Source: Cenarchaeum sp.
GTDB lineage: Archaea; Thermoproteota; Nitrososphaeria; Nitrososphaerales; Nitrosopumilaceae
DNA length: 64,000 nucleotides
Direction of reading: 5' to 3'
Assembly (NCBI GenBank): GCA_965242695.1
Contig: CBDESU010000001.1
Coordinates: forward strand, 704,001 to 768,000
The notes under the pieces were generated by a model that worked only from the letters and a program-made list of their open reading frames with translations, did no database searches and was not told the DNA's origin. The position numbers and the translations under genes are program-made. Shown here piece after piece: positions 18,166-28,664 of this stretch (its first letter is position 1; every line of letters begins with the position of its first letter).

Positions 18166-21045
18166 ATGGCGGCCATCGAGGGCACGGCGCGCGACCTGCT
18201 CGAAAAGTACCGCCGGGCCGGCGGCGACGGGGCCCGTATCTCAAGGGCGGCCGTGAAGAGGGACTACGTGCTGCCGCTGTTCCGATCCCTCGGCTGGGGC
18301 GCGGAGGACGGCACGGCGGTCGTGGACGAGGCGCGCGCGTCCGGCGGGTCGGTCGACTACGGCCTCAGGGCCGACGGCCTGCCGATGATGTACGTGGCGG
18401 CCCGGGGCATGGGCGCCGAGAGCATGGATAATCGAGAGTGGATCGTGCGCGCCTCGAACTATTCCTGGCTCAAGGCGGCGCCGTGGGCCGTGCTGACAAA
18501 CTTTAGGGTGCTAAAGGTCATCGACGCGAGGGCGAGGGTCTCGACGCCGGCATCCGTGCAGCTCTTCGAGGTGCGGTGCGGCGAGATGCTCGACCCGCGC
18601 AAGCTCGACAGGCTCTATTTGCTGTCTAGGGAGTCCCTTGCGCAGGGCGCGCTCGACGGCGGTGCGCTGGGGCGGGTTCCGTCCGCCTCTTCCGTCCCAG
18701 TCGACAGGTGCCTGGCCATGGACCTGTCCGCGGCGCGCGGGATGCTGGCGCGGTCCATAGCCCGCAACAATCCCGGAGGCATGCCGGAGGAGGAGATCGA
18801 AGAGTCGGCCGAGCGCATCCTGACCAGGCTCGTGTTCGTGCGGGCGCTCGAGGACAGGGGAATGTCCGAGCCGATCCTCATGCCGCTCGCGCTCAGGGCG
18901 GGGAAGCGCCCGGGGGCGCGCGGCGGCGGCCGCAGGGACATGGCGATACGCAACGGGCTGCGCAGGGCGTTCCGCAGGCTCGGCAGGGAGTACGGCTCGG
19001 GCCTGTTCGCGCCGCACCCGTGCGACCGCCTGGACATAACGGACTTTACGCTCGGCGGGGTGATCGACATGCTCCACGCGTCGGAGGTGCAGCTGCAGCG
19101 GTACGACTTTTCCGTCCTCGAGGTCGACGCGCTCGGCGGCATCTACGAGCAGTACCTGGCCGACGACGGCGCGCGGCGCCGGGCGCGCGGCGGGGGCAGG
19201 GGGTCGGGCCGCCTGGCGCACGGCGTATACTACACGCCCGGCGGCATGGTCGGCTTCATGGTCGATGCGCTGGTCGGATACCTTGTGGGGGACGGCCAGG
19301 ATCCAGGCACGATGCGCGTATGCGACCCGTCGTGCGGATCGGGGGCGTTCCTGGTGCGCTGCGCGCGGACGATCGCCGGCGAGAGGTGCAAGGCGGCGGC
19401 CGGGCGCGGGCGCGGCGGGGCCGCCTGCGCCCCGGGCAGCGCCGCGCTCGGGCGCATGACGGCGCGGGCCGCCGCGGAAAACGTCTTTGGGATCGACCTG
19501 GACCCGGACGCGGTTGACAGGGCCCGCCTGAACCTGCTCCTGTGCGGGGCGGGGCGGGGCGCCGGCCGGCAGGACTTTCGCGAGAGCGTCCGGGTGGGAA
19601 ACTCGCTGGTCGGCGCGGCGGCGGGGCCCGGCGTCGAGCCGAACCCGTTCGACTGGGACGGGAGGTTTTCGGACGCGTTCGACGGCATGGTCGGCAACCC
19701 GCCGTACGTCCGCAACAGGCGCATGGGCGCCGATGCGAAGGCGTGGTTCGCCGGCGAGTACGCCAGCGCGGCGGGGCAGTACGACTCGTACGTGCTGTTC
19801 GTGGAAAAGGCGCTTGCAAGGGTGAGGGACGGCGGGTACGTCGCGTTCATCACGCCGAACAAGTACGCGGCGGCGGCGTACGGGGCCGCCCTCAGGCGGC
19901 ACATACTCAAGACTGCCAGCATCAGGATGATCGTCGACGTGTCGGATGCGAGGGTGTTTCCGGATCTGGACGTCTACCCGTGGATAACCGTCCTGCAAAA
20001 GGAGCCGCGGGCCGAAAGGAGGCGATACAATACGGTGCTTGCGGGCCGCCTGGGCCACGGCGGCATGTCCCCGTACGCGTGCAGGTTCGCGCGCATCCCG
20101 CAGGCCGTGTTCGAGGACGACCGCGACAACGTGTTCTATGTGGATGCGCCGGATGGGGGTGGGCGCGGCGGCGGGGCGGCAAAACACGGGGGCGCGCCGG
20201 CGGAACGCAAGGAGGGCGGCGGCCGCGGCGCGCCGTCGGGCGCCGAGCCGCTCGAGGCGGCCGCGCGCCTGCTGGAAAGGGGGGACGGCGCGACGGTCCC
20301 GATGGGGTCGTTCACCATACGCGAGGGCGTGCACATGGGCAACGTCCGCAAAAAGCTGCTCTCGACAGGGGACGGCGGCGGCGCTCTCAGGAAGGCAGTC
20401 GGGGGCAGGGACGTGGGGCGCTACTGCTGCGAGTGGGGCGGCTACTGGCTGGACACGGGGTACGAGCCGGCGGGCGGGGAGTACATGCGCATCGGCGAGC
20501 CGGCGCTCTTCCGCGGCAAAAAGCTGCTCCTGCGCGACATTGCAAGCAGGATCACGGCCTGCTACGACGGCGGCGGGCTGTACCCGCTCAACACCCTCTT
20601 CGTGGTCAGGACGGACCGCCCCGTCGGCGGCGTATCGTACGATCCGCTGTACGTGCTGGCAGTGCTCAACTCGTCGCTCATGTCGTGGCACTTTGCCAGG
20701 AAGTTCGGCGCCACGCACGCGGCAGGCGGATACCTGCGCTACAAGAAGCAGCACGTCGAAAGCCTTCCCATACGGGCAGCGGCGCCGAGGGAGCAGGCGC
20801 CGATAGTAGAGGCGGTCAGGGAGTTGCACAGGCTTGTAAGGAAGAGGGCCCGGGCGGCAGGAGGCGAGGGGTCTGACAGCTGGCGCGGGGCCGACGATGC
20901 CGTGCGGCGGCAGGACGAGATCATCGACGGCATGGTCTTCAGGCTGTACGGCATCGACGGCGAGGCGGCGAGTGCCATACGCCGTGAGGTTCCCGCGGCG
21001 GCGGTCCGCGTAGGGGCGGCGGCGCGAAAGCGGCGCGCCCCGTAG
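18166..21045 (+). CDS. type IIG-like restriction-modification protein (amino-methyltransferase + TaqI-C-like specificity domain; N-terminal nuclease degenerate)
   Basis: GVYYTP, DPSCGSGAFL (motif I), GNPPY (motif IV), LAVLNS; HSDR_N-like N-terminus reads VDY...YVAAR. Confidence 0.85.
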   Translation: MAAIEGTARDLLEKYRRAGGDGARISRAAVKRDYVLPLFRSLGWGAEDGTAVVDEARASGGSVDYGLRADGLPMMYVAARGMGAESMDNREWIVRASNYSWLKAAPWAVLTNFRVLKVIDARARVSTPASVQLFEVRCGEMLDPRKLDRLYLLSRESLAQGALDGGALGRVPSASSVPVDRCLAMDLSAARGMLARSIARNNPGGMPEEEIEESAERILTRLVFVRALEDRGMSEPILMPLALRAGKRPGARGGGRRDMAIRNGLRRAFRRLGREYGSGLFAPHPCDRLDITDFTLGGVIDMLHASEVQLQRYDFSVLEVDALGGIYEQYLADDGARRRARGGGRGSGRLAHGVYYTPGGMVGFMVDALVGYLVGDGQDPGTMRVCDPSCGSGAFLVRCARTIAGERCKAAAGRGRGGAACAPGSAALGRMTARAAAENVFGIDLDPDAVDRARLNLLLCGAGRGAGRQDFRESVRVGNSLVGAAAGPGVEPNPFDWDGRFSDAFDGMVGNPPYVRNRRMGADAKAWFAGEYASAAGQYDSYVLFVEKALARVRDGGYVAFITPNKYAAAAYGAALRRHILKTASIRMIVDVSDARVFPDLDVYPWITVLQKEPRAERRRYNTVLAGRLGHGGMSPYACRFARIPQAVFEDDRDNVFYVDAPDGGGRGGGAAKHGGAPAERKEGGGRGAPSGAEPLEAAARLLERGDGATVPMGSFTIREGVHMGNVRKKLLSTGDGGGALRKAVGGRDVGRYCCEWGGYWLDTGYEPAGGEYMRIGEPALFRGKKLLLRDIASRITACYDGGGLYPLNTLFVVRTDRPVGGVSYDPLYVLAVLNSSLMSWHFARKFGATHAAGGYLRYKKQHVESLPIRAAAPREQAPIVEAVRELHRLVRKRARAAGGEGSDSWRGADDAVRRQDEIIDGMVFRLYGIDGEAASAIRREVPAAAVRVGAAARKRRAP

Positions 21046-21145
21046 GCGGCGGCCCTGCCAGGCGCGCCCATCCGCCGCCGTCCGCGCCCCCTCCGCTCGG
21101 GGCGGCCCCGCGAGTGTTTAAATCAGCCCCGCCCATGCGAGCGCC

Positions 21146-22528
21146 GTGTCGACGCAGATGGCAAGCGCGCGCCGCGGCGTGGCAACCGACGAGATGCGGC
21201 GCGTAGCACGCGACGAGGATGTAGAGGTCGAGTGGCTCGTCCGCCGCATGGCGTCCGGCTCTGTCATCATACCGAGCAACACGGAGCGCCCGCAGAGCAT
21301 ACACAACGTCGGAATCGGCAAGGGCCTCAAGACAAAGGTCAACGTCAACATCGGCACGTCGACCCTCCACGTCGACCTCGACGAGGAGATCGAAAAGGCG
21401 CGCACGGCAGTAAAGTACCACGCCGACACGATCATGGACCTGAGCGACGGCGGCGACGTGGGGGCGATCCGGCGCGCCCTCATGGCCGAGGCGCCGATCA
21501 CGTTCGGGACCGTGCCCGTGTACGACGCGTACAGCGCCGCCGTCGAGGAGCACAAGAACCCGATGCACATGACAGACGACGACTTTCTGGACGCCTTCGA
21601 GCGCAACGCAAGGGACGGCGTAGACTACACCACGGTGCACGCCGGCATCACAAAGGACATTGCGCGGCGCATACTGGCGACGCGGCGGCACGGCGGCGTC
21701 GTGAGCAAGGGCGGGACGATAACGGCCGCCTGGATGCTAAAGCACGACCGCGAAAACCCCTACTACGAGCACTTTGACCGCCTGATAGAGACGGCGCGCA
21801 AGTACGACGTGACGTTCAGCCTCGGAGATGCCCTCCGGCCGGGCTCTATACTCGACTCGCACGACGAGCTGCAGGTGCAGGAGATGATCAACGTCGCCCG
21901 CCTGACGCGCCGCGCCCACGAGGGCGACGTCCAGGTGATGGTCGAGGGGCCCGGCCACGTCCCGCTCAACGAGGTCGCCGCCAACGTGCGCCTTGCAAAG
22001 TCGCTCATCGGCGACGTGCCGTACTACGTGCTGGGCCCACTGGTGACGGACGTAGCGTCGGGCCACGACCACATCGCGAGCGCCATCGGGGCGGCCGTCT
22101 CGGCCAGCGAGGGTGTCGACCTGCTGTGCTACCTGACGCCGTCCGAGCACCTGGCCCTGCCCAACGCCGACGAGGTAAAGGCCGGCCTGATCGCGTACCG
22201 TATTGCCGCGCATGCCGGCGACCTTGTAAAGATCCGGGAAAAGGCCATAAAGTGGGACGAAAAGATGACCGAGGCGCGGCGCACGCTAGACTGGGAGGCG
22301 CAGCTTGCGCTGTCGATAGACCCCGAGGAGGCCGCCCGCATACACGCCAGGACGGGGCAGCACCCGGGGAACAACGTGCCGTGCACGATGTGCGGCGGCG
22401 CGTGCGTGTACATCATGCTGCCGCAGCAGCAGAGGCGGCGGGAGCCTGGGCGCGAGGACGATGAGGAGCCGCGCGGGAAGGTCCAGAAAAAACGCCCCGA
22501 GGCCGTCGCGGTGGCGGGCGCGGGATGA
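21146..22528 (+). CDS. thiC: phosphomethylpyrimidine synthase
   Basis: TKVNVNIGTS, DTIMDLS, SLGDALRPG, EGPGHVP, CTMCGGAC. Confidence 0.97.
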   Translation: MSTQMASARRGVATDEMRRVARDEDVEVEWLVRRMASGSVIIPSNTERPQSIHNVGIGKGLKTKVNVNIGTSTLHVDLDEEIEKARTAVKYHADTIMDLSDGGDVGAIRRALMAEAPITFGTVPVYDAYSAAVEEHKNPMHMTDDDFLDAFERNARDGVDYTTVHAGITKDIARRILATRRHGGVVSKGGTITAAWMLKHDRENPYYEHFDRLIETARKYDVTFSLGDALRPGSILDSHDELQVQEMINVARLTRRAHEGDVQVMVEGPGHVPLNEVAANVRLAKSLIGDVPYYVLGPLVTDVASGHDHIASAIGAAVSASEGVDLLCYLTPSEHLALPNADEVKAGLIAYRIAAHAGDLVKIREKAIKWDEKMTEARRTLDWEAQLALSIDPEEAARIHARTGQHPGNNVPCTMCGGACVYIMLPQQQRRREPGREDDEEPRGKVQKKRPEAVAVAGAG

Positions 22529-22617
22529 CGGCCCGGCGGCGCCCGGCGCCGGCCCCGCATATGGTCTGCGGGGCCGCAGATGCGACGGTGGGCCCCTTTC
22601 CGCGCCGAATCAAGCCT

Positions 22618-23367
22618 ATGGCCTTTGCGTACTCGCTGCCGCGCGCCCCCTCCTACCGCTTCCGCGACATGCCGTCGGTCGCGCGCGTCTCCGAGGCGAC
22701 GGCGCGCCGGAGGGTCGACGAGCTTGTCGAGATGGGGCTGGCCGAGCGCGGGAGCGGCTCGTTTACGGTGCGCCACGATGCCGCCTGCCAGCCGATCGAG
22801 ATACTCGATGCCATGTACCCGTCGCTGCTCGCGCTCGGGCGCGCCAGGCGCTTTGCGGGGCCCCGAGGCACCTCGGGCATCGCATTTGCACGGCGGCACC
22901 TCCCGCCGTGGTCGTTCGTCACGCTGGACTACCCGCTAGCCAGGCTGACCGGCTACCGGCCGGCCAGGGACTACTGCGCGTACGTCGACGACCAGGCGGC
23001 GTTCGCATCGCTCCTGCTGGAAAACGGCTTTCGGGAGGATCGTACGGGGAGGATCGTCATAATGCCCAAGATGGGCAAGTTCGGCGACAGGAAGCTGCGC
23101 CTCTTCCTCGACTGCCTCGCCGCCGGGGGGCCGCTGTGCGCCGGCGCCGTCGAGCTCTACATACTGTATGGCAACAAGCTGCCGCAGCGGGCTGTGCTCG
23201 ACGCGGACAGCATCCTCGAGGTGCTGCACCGAGACCCGTCGCTTGTCCGCCGCGTGGCGCCCGAGCCGTGCGTGTGCGGCTCCTGCCGGTGGTGCAAGAA
23301 CTACAAGGCGATGTGGGAGCCGTGGAAGGCGGCGCTTGAGTCTGGATCTGCAAAGGAGTTTAAATAG
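22618..23367 (+). CDS. winged-HTH hypothetical protein, paralogue of the next gene (antitoxin-like)
   Basis: Shares SYRFRDMPS...VSEATAR...SFVTLDYPLARLT...PK.G.F with 23371-24090; Cys-rich tail CVCGSCRWC; start uncertain. Confidence 0.7.
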   Translation: MAFAYSLPRAPSYRFRDMPSVARVSEATARRRVDELVEMGLAERGSGSFTVRHDAACQPIEILDAMYPSLLALGRARRFAGPRGTSGIAFARRHLPPWSFVTLDYPLARLTGYRPARDYCAYVDDQAAFASLLLENGFREDRTGRIVIMPKMGKFGDRKLRLFLDCLAAGGPLCAGAVELYILYGNKLPQRAVLDADSILEVLHRDPSLVRRVAPEPCVCGSCRWCKNYKAMWEPWKAALESGSAKEFK

Positions 23368-23370
23368 GCC

Positions 23371-24090
23371 ATGCGGACACTTGGCATCATGGAGGCGGCG
23401 AGCGACACTGTCCGCAAGTATGAAGAGGCAGTTGCCTTTGTGCGGCTCTTGCCGCGCCACCTGAGCTACCGCTTCCGCGACATGCCTTCAACCGTCGGCG
23501 TCTCCGAGGCGACGGCCCGCGGTATGATCGACGAGCTGGCAAAGGTGGGACTGGCCGAGCGGCGGAACGGCTACTTTTGGGTGCGCGACGATATCCTCTG
23601 CCACCCGATCGAGGCCCTCAAGGCCATCCGCCCGTCGCTCCTTGCACTTTCGCGCGCCCGGCGCTTTGCCAGGCGCCGCAACGGCTCTGACCTTACCTTT
23701 GCAAGGCGACACCTCCCGCCGGGGTCGTTCGTCACCCTCGACTACCCGCTCGCTAGGCTGACCGACTATCAGACCGCATGGAACTACTATGTGTGCGTCG
23801 ACGACCCCGATGCATTTGCCTCGCTCCTAGAGGACAACGGTTTTCAGGAGGATAAACTGGGAAGGGTCGTCGTAGTGCCCAAGATCGGCCGGTTTGACAA
23901 CAAAAAGGAGCGACTCGTCCTCGACTGCCTTGCTGACGGGGGGCGGGGCTACTGCGACGCCATAGCACTTTTGATTCTGCGCCTCCGCTCGTCGCCCGTG
24001 CGCGCCGCGTTCACCACCAACGAGATGAACGACGTTCTGCGCAACCTTCCCCACACGAGGGCCTACCCGTCCAGCATGGTGGCCGCATGA
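23371..24090 (+). CDS. winged-HTH hypothetical protein (putative type IV TA antitoxin-like)
   Basis: Paralogue of the upstream gene; ATGA-coupled to a nucleotidyltransferase. Confidence 0.72.
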   Translation: MRTLGIMEAASDTVRKYEEAVAFVRLLPRHLSYRFRDMPSTVGVSEATARGMIDELAKVGLAERRNGYFWVRDDILCHPIEALKAIRPSLLALSRARRFARRRNGSDLTFARRHLPPGSFVTLDYPLARLTDYQTAWNYYVCVDDPDAFASLLEDNGFQEDKLGRVVVVPKIGRFDNKKERLVLDCLADGGRGYCDAIALLILRLRSSPVRAAFTTNEMNDVLRNLPHTRAYPSSMVAA

Positions 24091-24584
24091 ACCGCATCCT
24101 GTAAGAGGCCCTTGAAATTTCGCGGGAGTTCGAGTCTGCCACGTTTGTCGGGGCCGTTGCGGTAATACTGCACACAGAAGAGAAGAGGCGGACGCACGAT
24201 CTCGACTTCGCGGTGAGGGGAAAAATCGAGGACGACGAGTATGCCGATCTTGGATACGTCGTGGACATTCATACGCGCAAGAAGTACTCGCCTCGCGGAT
24301 ATCCGATCGATGTCTACGATCGCAGAGTGGTCAACGACATACCGCTAGACTACATACTGGACAAGGCCAAGACGTTTTTTGTTGGGGGCGGGAGGATCAG
24401 GGCCATCTCCCTCGAGGGCCTCATTGTATCCAAGATTCGGTCAGGGCGACCCAAGGACAAAATGGATGTGAGGCTCATTGTCAGAAAGTGCGGGGAGGAC
24501 ATCGACTGGGACGAGATTGCCCTCCTGTCAAAGCACGACGTCGAGCTTGCCGAGATACGCCGTGATCTGGGCGAGATGATGTAG
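24087..24584 (+). pseudogene. nucleotidyltransferase (AbiEii/MenT-like) with TAA at codon 6
   Basis: Reads MNRIL*EALE...FVGAVAVILH...RTHDLDF...LEGLIVSKIRSGRPKDKMD; TAA at 24102-24104. Confidence 0.75.
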
Positions 24585-24636
24585 GGATCACCCTTGCGCC
24601 CTCCTCAGCCCGCCTCGCACTTGCCGCGCCAGCCGC

Positions 24637-25104
24637 TCACGCGCCCAAGAGCCCGCCTACGACCTCGCCTAGCCTCGGCACGGTCTCGTATTCGCCCAGG
24701 CAGTCGCGCCCGACCCACGCATACTCGGAGTTTTCCCAGTTGAGGACGACGCGCCGCGAGCGCGCCTCGAACAGGAACGGGTTGACCTCCCAGCCGGCCC
24801 GCGGGCGCCTGCCGTCCGCCGGATCGTCGATGCGCAGCGGCTCGCCGGAGCGCACCAGCGAAACGTCGCCCGGCTCCATTCCGACCTCCTCGCCAATCTC
24901 GGCCAGGGCCCTGTCGACGGCCGCCTCGCCGCCCTCGATCACGCCGCTCACGCACGACCACATGCCGGCCATCGTGCTCATGCGCGCGCTCCGCCTCACC
25001 AAAAGTATTCGGCCGCCGTTCGTCAGTACGGCGGTCGCCACGCGCACGTAGGATCTGCCCGGGGATTCCGCGCCCCTGGAATTGTTCGGGACGCGCCCCT
25101 GCAT
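24637..25104 (-). CDS. NUDIX hydrolase
   Basis: SGVIEGGE...ALAEIGEEVG Nudix box; LNWENSEYAW; start may be GTG 25047. Confidence 0.88.
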   Translation of the reverse strand: MQGRVPNNSRGAESPGRSYVRVATAVLTNGGRILLVRRSARMSTMAGMWSCVSGVIEGGEAAVDRALAEIGEEVGMEPGDVSLVRSGEPLRIDDPADGRRPRAGWEVNPFLFEARSRRVVLNWENSEYAWVGRDCLGEYETVPRLGEVVGGLLGA

Positions 25105-25116
25105 CTGGCCGCCGAC

Positions 25117-25977
25117 CTACTTTTTCTCGACAAGGGCGGCCATGCGCACCATCTTTGCGTACGACGCGTCGAGATCTGTGCTTCCCCCGAGCCTCTCCTT
25201 GCATGCGTTGACGTACCCGATGATCTCGTCGGTCTTGCCCTCCTGCACGTCGGTGAGCAGCCTGCCGACGTCCTTCCAAAAGTCCTCGGCGGTCCGGCGC
25301 AGCTCGGGGTTCGAGATTATGGTCTCGATCAGCTCGGGCGACTCGGTCATGATGGCCTCGGCCAGCGTGCGCTGCACCCTGAACGTCGCGCCGGACATCT
25401 TGTCGGTCAGGTTGCTCTTCTCGTCCTTTGAGAGTATGTTGGCAAAGACGAGGTTGACCATGTGCGTGAGGCCGAGTATGACGGCGATCTTCTTGTCGTG
25501 CTCGGCCGCGTCGATCGTGACAAAGTTGGCGTCGGGGAACAGCTCGCGCGCGACGGCGAGCTCCTTCTTTGCGTCCTTTACGGGGATGGATATGATGTTC
25601 TTGCCCCTGACCTGCTTGGTGCCGGGGCCAAACATCGGGTGGATGCACATCGGGTTGATCTTTGCGGGCATCTTCGAGAGGGCCGATATCGTGCGCGACT
25701 TTTGCGACGATATCTCGATGAGGTACGTCCCGCGCCTCATCTCCTTGGCGATGAGGCGTATGATCTCGGGGGTGCGCCTCGTCGGCGTGCACAGCACCGC
25801 ATAGTCGACGCGCAGGACCGACCCGACGAGCGAGCTGCCCTGCTTTATGGCCTTGTCGGTGATCTCCGCCTCGCTGTCAAAGCCGGTCACGTCGTAGCCG
25901 CGCCCGGCAAAGTACTTTGCAAACCAGCGGCCCATGTCGCCGCCGGCGCCGATCACGGCGATCTTCTTGGCCGTCAT
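25117..25977 (-). CDS. tyrA: prephenate dehydrogenase
   Basis: IGAGGDMG, HPMFGP, EHD...GLTH. Confidence 0.9.
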   Translation of the reverse strand: MTAKKIAVIGAGGDMGRWFAKYFAGRGYDVTGFDSEAEITDKAIKQGSSLVGSVLRVDYAVLCTPTRRTPEIIRLIAKEMRRGTYLIEISSQKSRTISALSKMPAKINPMCIHPMFGPGTKQVRGKNIISIPVKDAKKELAVARELFPDANFVTIDAAEHDKKIAVILGLTHMVNLVFANILSKDEKSNLTDKMSGATFRVQRTLAEAIMTESPELIETIISNPELRRTAEDFWKDVGRLLTDVQEGKTDEIIGYVNACKERLGGSTDLDASYAKMVRMAALVEKK

Positions 25978-27533
25978 GCCCCGGACCCGCCTCCTGCGGC
26001 TCCGCCGGGGCCGCCGCCCAGGCCGGGGCCGCCGCCGATCGCCGCCCCCAGTGTGGCGACCGCCGAGGCGATCGCATCCTCGCCGACGCATGCCGCCAGC
26101 CTGACGAATCCTCCGTACGTAGTGCCGTCCGTGCCGAACCCCGCTCCCGGCGCGACTCCCAAGCCGTGCTCTAAAAGTGTGTTGGCTAGCCGCGCGCCGT
26201 CAAAGGCGCGCCCCCCGCGCCCGCGCGCGAACAGGTACATGCCCCCGTCGGGGCGGGCGAACTCTAGGCCCGCGGCCTCGGCGGCGGCGCACATGGCGTC
26301 GATGCGGCCGCGCACCGTCCCGGCGTTCGAGGCCGACGCGCCAGACCCGAGGGCCCTCAGGGCCGCGTACTGCACGGGGGACGGCACGCTCGTCATGCAC
26401 AGCGCCTGGAGCGACGACATGGCGGCAATGTCGCCGGCCGGCCCGACGGCGTACCCCACGCGGAACCCCGTCATGGCATGCGACTTTGAGAACGAGTTGA
26501 CCGCGATGCAGCGGGGGAGGCCGCATGCCGTCGGGGCCGCCGCGCCCGCCCCTGCCCCGGCCCCCGCCGCGCCGCCGCCAGGCCCGAACACGTACCCCGA
26601 GTAGACCTCGTCGCTTACGAGGCGCAGGCCGCGGTCGGCGGCGATGGCGGCGATCTCGCCGAGCATGCGCTGCGGGACGACCTTCCCCGTGGGGTTGTTT
26701 GGGTAGTTTACGACGATCATCGCGGCCCGCGGCCCCGACGCGGCCCGCTCGATCTCGCCGATGTCCGGCTCCCACCGCCCCTCGAGCGTGGTGCGGACGG
26801 GGCGGACGGATGCGCCGGCGCGCCGCACCAGGTCGGCGTACGCGGGCCACGCGGGCTCTACCACGACGACCTCGTCGCCGGGCGCGAGCAGCGACGCGGT
26901 CGCAAGGTAGATTGCGAATCGCGCGCCGGCGGTAACCATGACGTTTTCCCGGGAGACAGAAAGGCCGCATGCCTCCGAGGCGCGCGCTGCGAGCGCATCG
27001 CGCAGCTCGGCCGCGCCGGCGGGCGGGCCGTACCCCCGCCGGCCGGTGCGGCACGCCTCGGACAGGGCCGCGACGGCCTCTTCGGGCGGCCCAAAGTCGG
27101 GCTCGCCGACCTCCATGTGCACCATCGGCCGCCCCTGCTCCTCGAGCTGCCTGGCCCTGAGGAATATCGATGCGGGGGACGGGCGGTCTGAGGCGGACGC
27201 CGCGGCGGCAGCCGCGGAAGGCGGCCCGCCGCGGCCTCTGGCCGGCGCCGCCTGGATCCTGACCGACTCGGAGAAGAGCAGGTCGAGGAGGCGGCCGCCG
27301 GCGCGCGCATCGGCGCCGATCCGCATGCACTCTGCGTCGACCCTCCGGCGGAGTGTCTCCTCGCGCCGCGCGTCGGGTATTGCGATTCCCGCATCCCTCT
27401 TGGCCTCCCCTATCCGCGCGGCTATGTCGGCGCGCTCCTTTAGCAACCCGACCATCTCTAGGGTAACCTCGTCGATGCGGTCGCGCAGGGGGCCGATCGC
27501 GCCGGCGCCGCCCCGCGTTCCGGCGCCGGCCAT
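25974..27533 (-). CDS. chorismate mutase fused to class I/II aminotransferase
   Basis: N-terminal LRDRIDEV..LLKER..RIGEAK..RRE (AroQ); NYPNNPTG, SDEVY, SFSKSHAMTGFRVG. Confidence 0.9.
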   Translation of the reverse strand: MAGAGTRGGAGAIGPLRDRIDEVTLEMVGLLKERADIAARIGEAKRDAGIAIPDARREETLRRRVDAECMRIGADARAGGRLLDLLFSESVRIQAAPARGRGGPPSAAAAAASASDRPSPASIFLRARQLEEQGRPMVHMEVGEPDFGPPEEAVAALSEACRTGRRGYGPPAGAAELRDALAARASEACGLSVSRENVMVTAGARFAIYLATASLLAPGDEVVVVEPAWPAYADLVRRAGASVRPVRTTLEGRWEPDIGEIERAASGPRAAMIVVNYPNNPTGKVVPQRMLGEIAAIAADRGLRLVSDEVYSGYVFGPGGGAAGAGAGAGAAAPTACGLPRCIAVNSFSKSHAMTGFRVGYAVGPAGDIAAMSSLQALCMTSVPSPVQYAALRALGSGASASNAGTVRGRIDAMCAAAEAAGLEFARPDGGMYLFARGRGGRAFDGARLANTLLEHGLGVAPGAGFGTDGTTYGGFVRLAACVGEDAIASAVATLGAAIGGGPGLGGGPGGAAGGGSGA

Positions 27534-27534
27534 C

Positions 27535-28638
27535 TCACAGCACCGGCCCGACCGCGCCGGCAAGCAGGGCGTGGTCAGCTACTGCGAGCGAGACGAGGGC
27601 GTCGACTACGGGGGGCGCGCGCGGCACCACGCACGGGTCGTGCCTGCCGCGCACGCGCAGGACGGCAGGCCTCTTTGTCGCCATGTCGACGGTGCGCTGC
27701 GGCCTTGCGATCGACGATGCCGGCTTGAACGCGACCCTCATCGTAACGGGCATGCCCGTCGAGAGGCCGCCGAGTATGCCGCCGGCGTTGTTCGTGCGCG
27801 TCTTTACGGATCCGTCCCTGGCGATGCGGTACGGGTCGTTGTTCTGCGAGCCGCGCAGGGCCGAGCCGGCAAACCCCGACCCGAACTCGACGCCCTTGAC
27901 CGACGGTATAGAGAACATCGCCCTGCCGATGTCCGACTCTAGCGAGCCGAATATGGGCTCGCCGAGGCCCGCGGGCAGGCCCTCGGTGGCCGACTCGATA
28001 ATCCCGCCGAGCGAGTCGCCGTCCCTCTTGGCTGCGAGTATCGCCTCGCGCATGCGCCTTGACGCGGCGGGGTCGGGGCACCGCACGTCGCTTGCGTATA
28101 TGGACCGGTCGGGGCGCACGCGCGGCCCGCCTCCCCCGCCCATGCCGATCCCGCCGATCTCCGCCGTGTACGAGCACGTCCGCACGCCGAGCGCCTCGGA
28201 GAGGAGCTTTCTTGCGACGGCGCCGCCCATTACATGCGTTGCGGTCAGCCTGCCCGAGAAGATGCCGCCGCCGCGGTGGTCGTTGTGGCCGCCGTACTTT
28301 GCCATCGCCGGATAGTCCGAGTGGCCCGGCCTGACGACGCGCTCGAGCTCGTCGTACGCGTCCGACCTCTGGTCGGCGTTGCGAACCGCCATGGCGATCG
28401 GCGCGCCGGTGGTCCTTCCGCGGAACACGCCGGACATGATCTCGACCCTGTCGTCCTCCTTTCGGGCCGTCGTCACGCCCGACTGCCCTGGCCGCCGCCT
28501 GTCGAGCATCGGCTGCACGTCGGCCTCGGAGAGGGCAAGGCCGGCGGGGCAGCCCGACAGGACGGCGCCGACGCAGGGGCCGTGGCTCTCGCCAAAGCTT
28601 GTCAGGACGAGGCGCCTGCCTAGCGAGCTGCCTAGCAT
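27535..28638 (-). CDS. aroC: chorismate synthase
   Basis: FGESHG, RPGHSD, GILGG, RGRHDPCV. Confidence 0.96.
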   Translation of the reverse strand: MLGSSLGRRLVLTSFGESHGPCVGAVLSGCPAGLALSEADVQPMLDRRRPGQSGVTTARKEDDRVEIMSGVFRGRTTGAPIAMAVRNADQRSDAYDELERVVRPGHSDYPAMAKYGGHNDHRGGGIFSGRLTATHVMGGAVARKLLSEALGVRTCSYTAEIGGIGMGGGGGPRVRPDRSIYASDVRCPDPAASRRMREAILAAKRDGDSLGGIIESATEGLPAGLGEPIFGSLESDIGRAMFSIPSVKGVEFGSGFAGSALRGSQNNDPYRIARDGSVKTRTNNAGGILGGLSTGMPVTMRVAFKPASSIARPQRTVDMATKRPAVLRVRGRHDPCVVPRAPPVVDALVSLAVADHALLAGAVGPVL

Positions 28639-28664
28639 GCGCGCGGTGCGCGGGCGGGGCGCTT

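Noticed and set aside
21046-21145. TPP riboswitch upstream of thiC
   Set aside because: The TTTAAA box is about 25 bp before the GTG start, implying a leaderless transcript; no riboswitch consensus is visible.
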